64,000 nt of DNA from a virus. This document shows, one piece after another, positions 54,825 through 63,872 of this stretch. The stretch is taken from positions 96,001-160,000 of IMG/VR virus record IMGVR_UViG_3300025122_000005. The stretch is one strand, 5' to 3'. The translations under genes were made by a program, and so were the position numbers. The notes beneath the pieces are model-generated. The model was not told the DNA's origin. It made no database searches and saw nothing but the letters and a program-made list of their open reading frames with translations. Numbering within the stretch: position 1 is the first letter of the stretch; each line of letters begins with the position of its first letter.

Positions 54825-57800
54825 ATGTCTGAAGAAAATAACAACGGAAACAACAACTCTTGTGATCCGCCAGCGTATTGTCCTCCATGGCGTGCAGGTT
54901 GCACGCCGAGTCCTGGTTATATGGATGACCCACGGAATCACGTAGAACCTCTTCCGCCTGAGCCCACTCCGGTTGAAATAGAGAGAATACATCCAGCTTT
55001 GTTCTACGCCCAGCCTGAAGCAGACTTTGAAGAAATAGAAGAGGTTCACTCTGGACATAATTTTTCTGCTGGGAAAAGCAAGTGGTTAATAGACCCAAAT
55101 CTTCTTCCTGGTAATCAACATGACCCGATAGTTAAGTTTTTTCCGAAAAACCAGGATCCTCTTGCGGGCAATTCATACCCAGCGAATGTTCCTGCTCAGG
55201 ACATAGTGCACGAAGACTCTCACGGACCTGTAGATACTTTTAGATATGTAAGTGGAAAATTTTGGTTGCATCGTGGCCACGGCGAGGGCATCGTTTCTCC
55301 TGGTATACGGTTCCACTGGATTGCCAAGCCAAAATTCACATATTATAATTCTTCAAATACTTTATGTAGGGGATCTGGGCACACTTTAAGCAAAGCAGAC
55401 CCAAATGATGCTAGAATTCTTCCACAAGAAGTATGGATAAATTCTGATTGGGTATTAAATTCTTTAACGCCCCGCACCGAGATTGCGGGAGGACTGGACC
55501 TCCCAGTCTTTTATGAGTCGTTTAAAATTACATTCCCGCCACATCCTGAACCAGGAGGGTGGTCCTCGTGGAAGTGGAGAGATTACATGTACGGATTAGC
55601 AGGACATCTTTCAGAACTTGGTACATTGAGTCGTGCTGAGACCCTAGAATTCGGCCGAACTCATGCGAGGACCGATCCTAGGTTTTTACCATCTGGTCCG
55701 GATTCTTTACTCACCTGGCCCAATTGGGGCGACGCATCATATACAAAAAATTTGTTTCCGGTGATACCGTTTTTTGGAGATATGAGCCTGTGGGACGACC
55801 CTGACGGTGCTGCTTTTCGAGATCCGTCTTTTCGACCACCACACGCCGGAGGATTAATCTTCTTTGATCACGCTACAAACATCCCGGACTTCATGACAAA
55901 GGAAGAGCTAGAAGAGACAGATTTCAATCCAGGATTGTATTCGGATGTGAGAGGGGTTTATAATTTTTATGATTGTGTGTATGAAGAACTAATTTCTCCC
56001 AATTATACAGAAAACCGTCTTCCCAATTATTATAGGATGAGACCGGAAAAGAGGAATAAAAGGAATACCGTTACAGAGGAATACTTCCGGAAAAATATTG
56101 CAGAAAGTATGTCTGGGGACGAGGGAAGTAGACAGCAGGAAATTATCCGTCGCAAAGCAATAGAAAATTATGGAGTATTTGATCCAATTGGTCATCCTGT
56201 TGTTAATACATGGGATGTTTTTGAGAATCCGGGTTTGGAAGAATTTAAAACAATATATGATGAACGCCGAGTATTTCCAATGTACGCGGAAATTGAATTC
56301 ACATCTAACGAAAGATCTTTGTTTGTAGAATCTCTAGAGATGGGATCAGAGAAGAATTTTATGGGAGAGATAATGACACCCCTTGCAAGAACTTCGAATG
56401 GTGGTGGATCCGTGAGAGACAGGATGCTAGTAAAAACGCTTCCAATGAAGGTTGTTACACAATTTTTGGGCGGCGGCACCGGGAAATCTGAACGCCGCCG
56501 CGCCAGAACGTGGGGAATTGGATCTTTATCTACAGATAAGACGCATTCTATGTCGGATGTTTTTAAGCATAACGTGAGATCTATGTCTTTAGAAACGTGG
56601 ATGCAATGGTTAAACCAGGAAGAAGAGGCAATTCAAGAAGAGGAGGGCACTGCGGTATCCCCACAAGATAAGTTTAGAAGTTTAATTGGTAAAATCGTTA
56701 TAAAATCTAGGATTAAGCAAACAATTGAACAAACTTATAGAGAGAAATTTACGCAAGTATTAAACGGAAAACCCGCACATTCTGAAATATTGGCATATAG
56801 GGTAGAAAAACTTTTGAATGGTACTCCAATACAGAATTTCTTTTTCGCAACAAGTAATGATGTAGAGATAATCAGATACTTAGACAGTCAGGTTGAATAC
56901 GGGAAACAATATTCTTATAGGGTTCATGCCATATCTTTAGTGGTAGGAACAAAATATGCGTATGTTGATTGTATGACTGACGCTGCAGTTGAGAATTTCT
57001 ATAATCAATCCCGTGACCCCCGTAGAATTTCAGAAATGTTTTTCGGAGTTATACACAAGCCAAGCGTTCTAGTTGTGGAAGTCCCGATGCAAGAAAGAAG
57101 CATAACAATCATCGACAAACCCCCAATACCTCCGGACATTAATATAATCCCTTTCAGGGGAGATAAAAATAGAGTGTTATTTAATTTGAACGGGACAACT
57201 GGAGAAATGGCCGCAAAACCAGTGGTACTAGAGGAAGACGATTACGGACAGTTTAGTACTGTCGTGGCATCTCAGAATCCGGGCACCACCGACGTTTCGA
57301 AGGAATCCCTTCCGAACCAAATAATACACTTTCGAAATGATGACCCAGTTAAAATATTTGAGATTTTTAGGACTGATGAGGAACCGACATCGTGGGAGTC
57401 ATTTTTTGATAAAAAGATAAAAAGGATAGAATCAGAGGCCACAAATGCTTCGCATGTTGACGTGATAAGTCCGAATAAAAAATATTATTATGCATTTAGA
57501 ACAGAAGATATCCACGGTCATCCATCCAACCCTTCTCACATTTATCAGGTGGAATTGGTGGCTGATGATGAGATGACGTTCTTGAAGATGGATATTTTCA
57601 ATTTTAAAGAAGAGATTGAACCTAGAAAGATGTCCTTTGACCATAAAATAGAAATCTCACCATCGTCCTTGCAAAGGGTGCTTCCGATGCCATCGAACGG
57701 CAGTTTAGAAACTTGGGATGCAGAAGGTCAACCAGTTGGGGATGTTGGTACTGCCGAAAATCCACGCGAAACATTGTGGGGTAAGCAGTTTAAATGTCGA

Positions 57801-57914
57801 ATAACGTCGCGCTCTACGGGCAAACAAATTGATATAAACTTTAAATTTAAAAAGAAGTATACTAAAATAGAAGAAGAAATTCAGAATAATGTAGATATTA
57901 ATAATAAATGTTAG
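54825..57914 (+). CDS. Large hypothetical virion protein with FN3-like C-terminal segments
   Basis: YLDSQVEYGKQYSYRVHAI and VISPNKKYYYAFRTEDIHGHPSNPS resemble FN3 D..V..G..Y.Y.V ends. Confidence 0.55.
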   Translation: MSEENNNGNNNSCDPPAYCPPWRAGCTPSPGYMDDPRNHVEPLPPEPTPVEIERIHPALFYAQPEADFEEIEEVHSGHNFSAGKSKWLIDPNLLPGNQHDPIVKFFPKNQDPLAGNSYPANVPAQDIVHEDSHGPVDTFRYVSGKFWLHRGHGEGIVSPGIRFHWIAKPKFTYYNSSNTLCRGSGHTLSKADPNDARILPQEVWINSDWVLNSLTPRTEIAGGLDLPVFYESFKITFPPHPEPGGWSSWKWRDYMYGLAGHLSELGTLSRAETLEFGRTHARTDPRFLPSGPDSLLTWPNWGDASYTKNLFPVIPFFGDMSLWDDPDGAAFRDPSFRPPHAGGLIFFDHATNIPDFMTKEELEETDFNPGLYSDVRGVYNFYDCVYEELISPNYTENRLPNYYRMRPEKRNKRNTVTEEYFRKNIAESMSGDEGSRQQEIIRRKAIENYGVFDPIGHPVVNTWDVFENPGLEEFKTIYDERRVFPMYAEIEFTSNERSLFVESLEMGSEKNFMGEIMTPLARTSNGGGSVRDRMLVKTLPMKVVTQFLGGGTGKSERRRARTWGIGSLSTDKTHSMSDVFKHNVRSMSLETWMQWLNQEEEAIQEEEGTAVSPQDKFRSLIGKIVIKSRIKQTIEQTYREKFTQVLNGKPAHSEILAYRVEKLLNGTPIQNFFFATSNDVEIIRYLDSQVEYGKQYSYRVHAISLVVGTKYAYVDCMTDAAVENFYNQSRDPRRISEMFFGVIHKPSVLVVEVPMQERSITIIDKPPIPPDINIIPFRGDKNRVLFNLNGTTGEMAAKPVVLEEDDYGQFSTVVASQNPGTTDVSKESLPNQIIHFRNDDPVKIFEIFRTDEEPTSWESFFDKKIKRIESEATNASHVDVISPNKKYYYAFRTEDIHGHPSNPSHIYQVELVADDEMTFLKMDIFNFKEEIEPRKMSFDHKIEISPSSLQRVLPMPSNGSLETWDAEGQPVGDVGTAENPRETLWGKQFKCRITSRSTGKQIDINFKFKKKYTKIEEEIQNNVDINNKC

Positions 57915-57934
57915 GTTTTCTTTTTTATTGAATC

Positions 57935-57944
57935 CTAATTAGAT
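57935..57944 (+). promoter_or_regulatory. Candidate late-promoter motif CTAATTAGAT
   Basis: In one of the few real intergenic gaps, upstream of RBS AAGGAG and ATG 57970; core CTAnTTA shared with the other candidates. Confidence 0.35.
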
Positions 57945-57969
57945 AGTAGAATAGTAAGGAGTAAAAAAT

Positions 57970-58983
57970 ATGGCTTTTCTTGATAATTCCGGAGATATTA
58001 TATTAGATGCAGTGTTAACGGATACTGGACGCTTCCGGATGGCAAGAGGGGATTTCAAAATAACAAAGTTTGCGCTTGGTGACGACGAAGTAGATTATTC
58101 CCTTTATAATAGAAATCACCCAAGCGGGTCCTCTTATTACGATTTAGAAATCTTAAAAACACCGGTATTAGAATCTTTTACGAACAATACTTCTCTCATG
58201 AAGTCAAAACTCATGACCATCACCAATACTAACATACTTCATTTACCGATCTTGAAACTATCCGACGGCGGGTACAAGGGTACCGCAGCAGAACTGCTTT
58301 TTTCAAAACTAGCAAACATCGGAACGTATGTTGTGACTGTGGACTCAAATACTGAGGACTCTGATACTTCGCTAAAGGAGCCAGATGTTAACGGGAAGGG
58401 CGTGCTTTTAGGTGCTCTGCGCGGCGGCGGACCCAATTACATTGCAGTTGAAACAGGGCTGGATACATTGAAGATTCCGCCTTCGTTGGATGTCCCCGCC
58501 AATTTGCAAGAAACACAATTTATAATAGAGATGGATGATAGGCTTGGGTCTTTAACGGGACCTCCGTTTTCTCCTAGTCAAGGAGCATCTCTACCTGCTT
58601 CATTTATAGATGATGACCAGATTGCCAGCTATTACATTAGTGCAAACTCAGGGATGGATTCTGGAGGGCTAATACGAAATCGTTATGATACTCGCCGCGG
58701 CACTGAAGAGCGCGGGAGCCCAACCGCACATAGAATCCGCGGTCCTAGAGGAAGAGTGTTAAACTTCAGAGTAAAACCCAGTATAAACCTAACAACTTCG
58801 ACATATCTTTTCGAAAAGTTGGGGAGCACATTTACTCAAACGGCAGATGACGCCCCACTCACCGGATTCAGAAGTGGTAAGACGTATTATTATATTGACT
58901 CATACGTGAGAGTTACGGCGGCAACGACTGGGTATTCTATCGACATACCAGTTCGATATATAAAGAAACAAGGAACAACTTAA
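57970..58983 (+). CDS. Structural (baseplate/tail-fibre anchoring-like) protein
   Basis: VLTDTGRFRMARG.FKITKFALGD resembles N-termini of tail-fibre anchoring domains (LT..G...LA.....IT..A.GD). Confidence 0.6.
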   Translation: MAFLDNSGDIILDAVLTDTGRFRMARGDFKITKFALGDDEVDYSLYNRNHPSGSSYYDLEILKTPVLESFTNNTSLMKSKLMTITNTNILHLPILKLSDGGYKGTAAELLFSKLANIGTYVVTVDSNTEDSDTSLKEPDVNGKGVLLGALRGGGPNYIAVETGLDTLKIPPSLDVPANLQETQFIIEMDDRLGSLTGPPFSPSQGASLPASFIDDDQIASYYISANSGMDSGGLIRNRYDTRRGTEERGSPTAHRIRGPRGRVLNFRVKPSINLTTSTYLFEKLGSTFTQTADDAPLTGFRSGKTYYYIDSYVRVTAATTGYSIDIPVRYIKKQGTT

Positions 58984-58985
58984 TA
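58976..58985 (+). promoter_or_regulatory. Candidate late-promoter motif CAACTTAATA
   Basis: Overlaps the stop of the previous gene, just upstream of ATG 58999; 9/10 match to 35029. Confidence 0.35.
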
Positions 58986-58998
58986 CAAGGATTATAAG

Positions 58999-60294
58999 AT
59001 GGCTACAACTTTCAAGACATTTCTCAACAGCGATATCGTAACAACAAAGACTCTACTTCATGAGGCTATTCCCATTACTGGTGCGATAGTGTCAGGGACA
59101 TACAACAGGGACGGGAGTCTTGGGACAGAATTAAATATTAAAAATTATTCCCATAAGATGTTCCAGTCTGTTTATGATTATCCATATCTGAGTTCTTCTG
59201 CGAATCATATATTCGACATTACTGCTGGTTACTCTACTGGCTCTGTCCTGTCTGGAAACGTTAAGCAAGTAGCCAGAACCGATCAAGAAAAGAAGATTCA
59301 AATTTATAATCAGATGGCACAAGTTTTGATGGGTCACGATAAAGACGGAAACATTAGAGCATTTGACCAAGACGGCGATGTAACCGGCAACCCAAAGACA
59401 GGAAAGATTCACGAAGCGTTTTTCGTTAATTTCGCTCGCCTTCTCACAAAGGATGAGATAAAGAAGGGGTCCTTCAATATGAAGATAGGTGTTTCGCCTC
59501 ATTACGGAAATCCTGCTTCTCCTGAAGAAACTCACGGCGACTTGCGAAAATATGCTGGACGGTATATTACAATCGCAGACACCAACGCTGCTAACGAATA
59601 TAGAATCAACTCACCAGCGGGTGAATACGGCATACTATCAGCCTCTTCTGGCGGTACTGCTAACGCTATAGTCGCCCCAATTGCGCACGGTTTGACGACC
59701 GGTTCAAGCCACCCAACTTTGCCAGGAAACATTGGTTTGATATTTTATCAAGCAGGCATAGCCGTATTAGATGCTAGAATGTTTGCTAGAGCAAGCCACG
59801 ACGGCGGCGGACCCGCTGGAGTCAGGCAGGTGACGGCTTCATCCGGAGTAGTCTATCACTTGACAGGCGGCATACTTAACTCTGCTAGCTGTATGATGCA
59901 TAGGCAAATCGCAGATTCTGCCACGAGTGACATAACAGCATTGGCTCACTCTGATGTCTATTCTCTATTTACAGGATCTTCCATTCAAACAGCTTGTGAT
60001 TCTTTGCGACATAGGATACTTAATGTCTCATTTAATAACTCTACAGAGCTTAACTCAACAGTGTATTTCTGTAGAGCACATCACAATGAATTCAACTACA
60101 GCTCTAACCCAACTTATTTAACGGAGAGTCAAGTCAGGGTCAAGAATGTTCCAAGCGACATGCCTGTAAGTTACATTACTACAGTTGGATTGTACTCGCC
60201 AGATAACGAATTGTTAGCGGCGGCAAAGGTCTCAGAACCTTTGAGAAAAGATCCGACCAACGAACTAACTTTAAGAGTTAGGTTGGATTATTAA
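58999..60294 (+). CDS. Structural protein, paralogue of 60301-61566
   Basis: IKKGS, SSNPTY, YITTVGLYSPDNELLAAAKVSEPLRK..RVRLDY. Confidence 0.65.
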   Translation: MATTFKTFLNSDIVTTKTLLHEAIPITGAIVSGTYNRDGSLGTELNIKNYSHKMFQSVYDYPYLSSSANHIFDITAGYSTGSVLSGNVKQVARTDQEKKIQIYNQMAQVLMGHDKDGNIRAFDQDGDVTGNPKTGKIHEAFFVNFARLLTKDEIKKGSFNMKIGVSPHYGNPASPEETHGDLRKYAGRYITIADTNAANEYRINSPAGEYGILSASSGGTANAIVAPIAHGLTTGSSHPTLPGNIGLIFYQAGIAVLDARMFARASHDGGGPAGVRQVTASSGVVYHLTGGILNSASCMMHRQIADSATSDITALAHSDVYSLFTGSSIQTACDSLRHRILNVSFNNSTELNSTVYFCRAHHNEFNYSSNPTYLTESQVRVKNVPSDMPVSYITTVGLYSPDNELLAAAKVSEPLRKDPTNELTLRVRLDY

Positions 60295-60300
60295 AGTGAT

Positions 60301-61566
60301 ATGCCATATTATAGATTCAAATCAGGAGATTTGCTCTACAATAGGATAAAGACCTTTCCTCAACAAAACTTTGTAATCTTTGATTCAAAGGTTTATATAA
60401 GCGGGTTTAAAAATTCTAAAGCAAAATTCAACAACGTCAATGCAACAACTCAGGGGTACCTAAGTCTTTATGAGCTGAACGTCGATAGAGCCATCGACCA
60501 GTCTGGAGCCCCTCCGGGTAGCGGATCTATCTTTCCTTTTGTGACAAAGGGGGGAGCAAGAACAGCGTTTAGGACGATAAGCACCAGCGAATTTGACAGT
60601 CTAGACCAATATTCTTATGGAGATACTATAAAGGGCAAGTACCCTTTGACATCTAGTATTAAAAGAACATACTTTGCGTCAGTTGGTGCTTCAACTGTTG
60701 ATGTAACTGAGGATATTGGCTCGTTTAAAAAGCTTACCGGTAATAGAAAATATATTACAGCGTTGAAAAACACTTTTGATAAGTATACTCACTTAAGCGA
60801 GCATTATGCTTTCAACACTTCGTCTACAAACTTAAAGGGCGTCAATTGGGATAAGGGAACCCAGGAAATGTCCCTTATTGAGATTCCATCTATTTTTTAT
60901 GGATCCTCGATAAAGAAGGGGTCGGTAGCTCTTAAATTCTACGTAACGGGAACATTGGCCGCCGAACTAAGAGACACGAAAAGAAATGGAGAACTTATAC
61001 AGGTATCGGGAACGTATAACGCCTCGACTGATGATGGTAAGGTGGCAGGAGTTGTGTTATATAACGAAGGGTTTTTGGCACTAACTGGGTCCTGGGACAT
61101 CAACGATGCTTTCACGGACAAATATATAGGCAGCGATTCTTATACCCCAAAATGGAAATACTTTGGAGTTGGAACAAATGATGGCACTGCCGCAGGAGTT
61201 TTGACCGGGTCAACTTTTGTAATCGATTTCGAAGGAGTGAATTACGTTCCAACAATAACAATGTTAACACACGCGCCAAAAGGGGTTCTAAACAATTCTT
61301 CTAACCCAACATACATTAAAAAAGGACAGCATACTAATCCCTCTACTTCAAGTGTTCACTTCGAAGAATACGATAAGGTGGAAATAAAAAATCTAGAACA
61401 TACTCCGTATTCAGATCCAACCGGATCATTTAAAAAGCAAACATATATATCGAAGATCGGAATATATGATGAAAATAGAAATCTTATCGCTATAGCAAAA
61501 TTAGCGAACCCCGTCAGAAAGACTGAGGACCGAGAATATACTTTTAAAATAAAGCTAGATTTTTAA
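60301..61566 (+). CDS. Structural protein, paralogue of 58999-60294
   Basis: IKKGS, SSNPTY, YISKIGIYDENRNLIAIAKLANPVRK..KIKLDF. Confidence 0.65.
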   Translation: MPYYRFKSGDLLYNRIKTFPQQNFVIFDSKVYISGFKNSKAKFNNVNATTQGYLSLYELNVDRAIDQSGAPPGSGSIFPFVTKGGARTAFRTISTSEFDSLDQYSYGDTIKGKYPLTSSIKRTYFASVGASTVDVTEDIGSFKKLTGNRKYITALKNTFDKYTHLSEHYAFNTSSTNLKGVNWDKGTQEMSLIEIPSIFYGSSIKKGSVALKFYVTGTLAAELRDTKRNGELIQVSGTYNASTDDGKVAGVVLYNEGFLALTGSWDINDAFTDKYIGSDSYTPKWKYFGVGTNDGTAAGVLTGSTFVIDFEGVNYVPTITMLTHAPKGVLNNSSNPTYIKKGQHTNPSTSSVHFEEYDKVEIKNLEHTPYSDPTGSFKKQTYISKIGIYDENRNLIAIAKLANPVRKTEDREYTFKIKLDF

Positions 61567-61567
61567 A

Positions 61568-62179
61568 ATGTCCGCCAAGCATCGGCAAGAGTTCGAATTG
61601 CTAATATTGCAGGCCAGATATCTCAGAGCACAATTAGAAGTAGACAAAAAAACCTATGAAGAGTCCCAAAAATCTTTTTCTGAATCTTTTAATCAACGAG
61701 TGAAAGAGATATTAACAAAGGAACAGAGAGAGAGTTTAGAAAAAGTATCAAAGAAGAAGGAAATTAAAAAAGAAAAAGTACCCAATGATAAAATTAAGCA
61801 AGAAAGAAAGGTACATCATCCGGAAAGTATAAAGAAGATCTATAAGGGAATAGCGAGAAGATCACACCCCGACAAGCTTGTAAACATTCCAGAAGTGGAA
61901 GCAAATATCAAAAAACAATTATTTAGAGAAGCACAGAGTGCAATGGAGAAACAGGACTTTTTGAATTTATTTGATATTGCAAGAGTCTTGGATGTTGAAC
62001 TACCAGAACCAGAAGAAGGTCAAATCGACACGCTCGAAAAGAACATAAAAGACATAAAAAATGAAATAAAACAAATAAAAGAGACATCAGCTTGGCATTG
62101 GTATCACTCTTTGGATGAAAAAAAGGATGAAATTATGGTAAGATATATACAGCATGTATATGAAAGTCACATAAAATGA
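61568..62179 (+). CDS. J-domain (DnaJ-like) protein with coiled-coil flanks
   Basis: IKKIYKGIARRSHPDKL..KKQLFREAQSAME (helix II-HPD-helix III). Confidence 0.75.
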   Translation: MSAKHRQEFELLILQARYLRAQLEVDKKTYEESQKSFSESFNQRVKEILTKEQRESLEKVSKKKEIKKEKVPNDKIKQERKVHHPESIKKIYKGIARRSHPDKLVNIPEVEANIKKQLFREAQSAMEKQDFLNLFDIARVLDVELPEPEEGQIDTLEKNIKDIKNEIKQIKETSAWHWYHSLDEKKDEIMVRYIQHVYESHIK

Positions 62180-62715
62180 TATTAGGATTAGATGTTTCTA
62201 CGAGTATAACGGGGGCGACCCTTCTAGACGAAAATGGCGAGATAGTTTTTTGTGAGGCTTGGGATATGAGGGACAAGAAGCGTTTTAAGGATTTGTTTGA
62301 TAAGGCGAGCGGTATCCGTTTGTGGCTCTTGGAGATAGCACTCAGACATAAAGTGAAAAAGATATACATAGAAGAACCGTTCATGTTTTTTAACTCTGGT
62401 GGGTCTTCCGCTAAAACAATGTCAACTTTGCAGACATTCAACGGGATGGTTTCTTGGGCAGCGTTTAGAATGCTAGGTGTGAAGCCAGAATATTTCAAGG
62501 CAACAGCTGCAAGGAAAATATGTGGCATTAAGGTTTCTCGCGGAGAGAAGGCAAAAGAAAAAGTATTGAAGTTTATCCTTGACAACATACCTGATTTTGA
62601 GGTAGAATATACTAAGTTTAATAATCCAAAGCCCGGTGTTTATGACCGAGCAGATAGTTGGGTTATCGCAAAATCGGGACTAATCACGTGGAAAGAGAAA
62701 AACTCGGAATCTTAA
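62176..62715 (+). CDS. ruvC: RuvC-like Holliday junction resolvase
   Basis: ILGLDVS, YIEEP, DRADS acidic catalytic residues. Confidence 0.82.
   Translation: MILGLDVSTSITGATLLDENGEIVFCEAWDMRDKKRFKDLFDKASGIRLWLLEIALRHKVKKIYIEEPFMFFNSGGSSAKTMSTLQTFNGMVSWAAFRMLGVKPEYFKATAARKICGIKVSRGEKAKEKVLKFILDNIPDFEVEYTKFNNPKPGVYDRADSWVIAKSGLITWKEKNSES
62579..62608 (+). promoter_or_regulatory. sigma70-type promoter TTGACA-N18-TAGAAT upstream of primase
   Basis: TTGACA 62579-62584, TAGAAT 62603-62608, inside the 3' end of the ruvC-like gene. Confidence 0.55.
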
Positions 62716-63614
62716 AAGATATCCTTGGCAGGTACTACCAGTCGGGGTCAGAACATCTTTTTAAATGCCCTAAATGCCAACATGAAAAGAGAAAACTTTC
62801 CATTAACTTAGACAAGGGTGTTTTTAAGTGTTGGGTCTGTGATTATTCTGGACTCAAAATAGCAAATCTTGTTAAAAGATATGGAACCCTGTCCAGTCAT
62901 TCGAAGTGGGCTGAGATAGACGGTAGTGTTGATATTTCGTCTTTCGAAGATTTATTCCTTTCACCAGCCGTCCCAGAGAGGGATGAGGTTTCTCTTCCGG
63001 AATCTTTCGTTACTTTAACGGGTCGTGACAAATCATTTAATTCTAGGCACGCGCACTCTTATTTAAGATCTCGTGGCATAACAAGGAAGGACATTTTGAG
63101 ATGGAAGATAGGGTATTGCCCCGACGGAGAATATTCGGGCAGGATCTGCATTCCTTCCTTTGATGAGAGCGGTGATTTAAATTACTTTATAGCCAGGTCA
63201 TACGGGAAGCAATTTCCCAAATATAAGAACCCGCCAGTAAGTCGTGATATCGTATTCAACGACTTGTATGTAGATTGGGATGCTCCTATAGTGTTAGTGG
63301 AGGGTGTCTTTGATGCAATTGTAGCAGACAATGCTGTCCCCATATTGGGCTCGACTCTCAAAGAAGGTTCAGCGTTGTTTGAGAAAATCGTGAGGAATAA
63401 GGCGACGGTATATATGGCTCTAGACCCGGATGCAGCAGAGAAAGAGAAAAGAATAATTAATTCTCTTCTGGAATATGATATAAAGGTACATAAGATAGAC
63501 GTTTCTCCTTATGAAGATGTTGGAAGCATGACAAAAGCAGAATTCGACAGGAGAAAGAAAGAATCTACCATTATTGATTCGATACACTATTTATATCAGT
63601 GTTTAAAGTTTTAG
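62688..63614 (+). CDS. DNA primase (zinc finger plus TOPRIM)
   Basis: CPKC..KLSIN....FKCWVC zinc finger, KYKNP, LVEGVFDAI, ALDPDA, EDVG. Likely GTG start at 62688 (ORF track 62658). Confidence 0.88.
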   Translation: MEREKLGILKDILGRYYQSGSEHLFKCPKCQHEKRKLSINLDKGVFKCWVCDYSGLKIANLVKRYGTLSSHSKWAEIDGSVDISSFEDLFLSPAVPERDEVSLPESFVTLTGRDKSFNSRHAHSYLRSRGITRKDILRWKIGYCPDGEYSGRICIPSFDESGDLNYFIARSYGKQFPKYKNPPVSRDIVFNDLYVDWDAPIVLVEGVFDAIVADNAVPILGSTLKEGSALFEKIVRNKATVYMALDPDAAEKEKRIINSLLEYDIKVHKIDVSPYEDVGSMTKAEFDRRKKESTIIDSIHYLYQCLKF

Positions 63615-63629
63615 GGAGGCTACTACAAT

Positions 63630-63821
63630 ATGGAAATTACTAAAGGAAAATTAAAGAAAATAATTCGTGAAGAAGTAGAACGAATGACCATCGCGGAAGA
63701 AGCCACCGTCGGAAAAGAAATGGCTGACAATCTTATCCAAGAATTCAAAAACCTACCTTTGAGTGACCAACGAGTTTTCTTATCTAGATTTGTTAAATTT
63801 CTAAATCAAGAAAACATTTGA
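63630..63821 (+). CDS. Small hypothetical protein with EITKGKLKKIIREE N-terminus
   Basis: 63-aa ORF with GGAGG RBS at about 63615-63619. Confidence 0.7.
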   Translation: MEITKGKLKKIIREEVERMTIAEEATVGKEMADNLIQEFKNLPLSDQRVFLSRFVKFLNQENI

Positions 63822-63846
63822 CTTCCTTGTCAAAGTATACTATAAT
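63818..63846 (+). promoter_or_regulatory. sigma70 promoter TTGACT-N17-TATAAT
   Basis: TTGACT 63818-63823, TATAAT 63841-63846, then GGAGG RBS and ATG 63873. Confidence 0.75.
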
Positions 63847-63872
63847 ATAAGTTAAGAAGCATTGGAGGTTAC

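Noticed and set aside
55321-55349. TTGCCA-N17-TATAAT promoter-like match (also TTGTCG-N17-TATAAT at 44370-44398)
   Set aside because: Deep inside large structural genes with no nearby downstream start; about one such hit is expected by chance.
22512-61566. eCIS/T6SS/tailocin in a bacterial chromosome, or a eukaryotic giant virus
   Set aside because: Adjacent phage-type sigma, primase, RuvC and SbcD argue against a chromosomal injection system. Shine-Dalgarno sites, sigma70 promoters and gp25/gp6-like genes argue against an NCLDV.
351-62588. All minus-strand and nested alternative-frame ORFs in the track (e.g. 22765-23283, 52628-53227, 34457-34738)
   Set aside because: They lie wholly within longer + strand genes with recognisable motifs, carry no motifs of their own and show the Ser/Phe/Leu-rich composition of antisense shadows.
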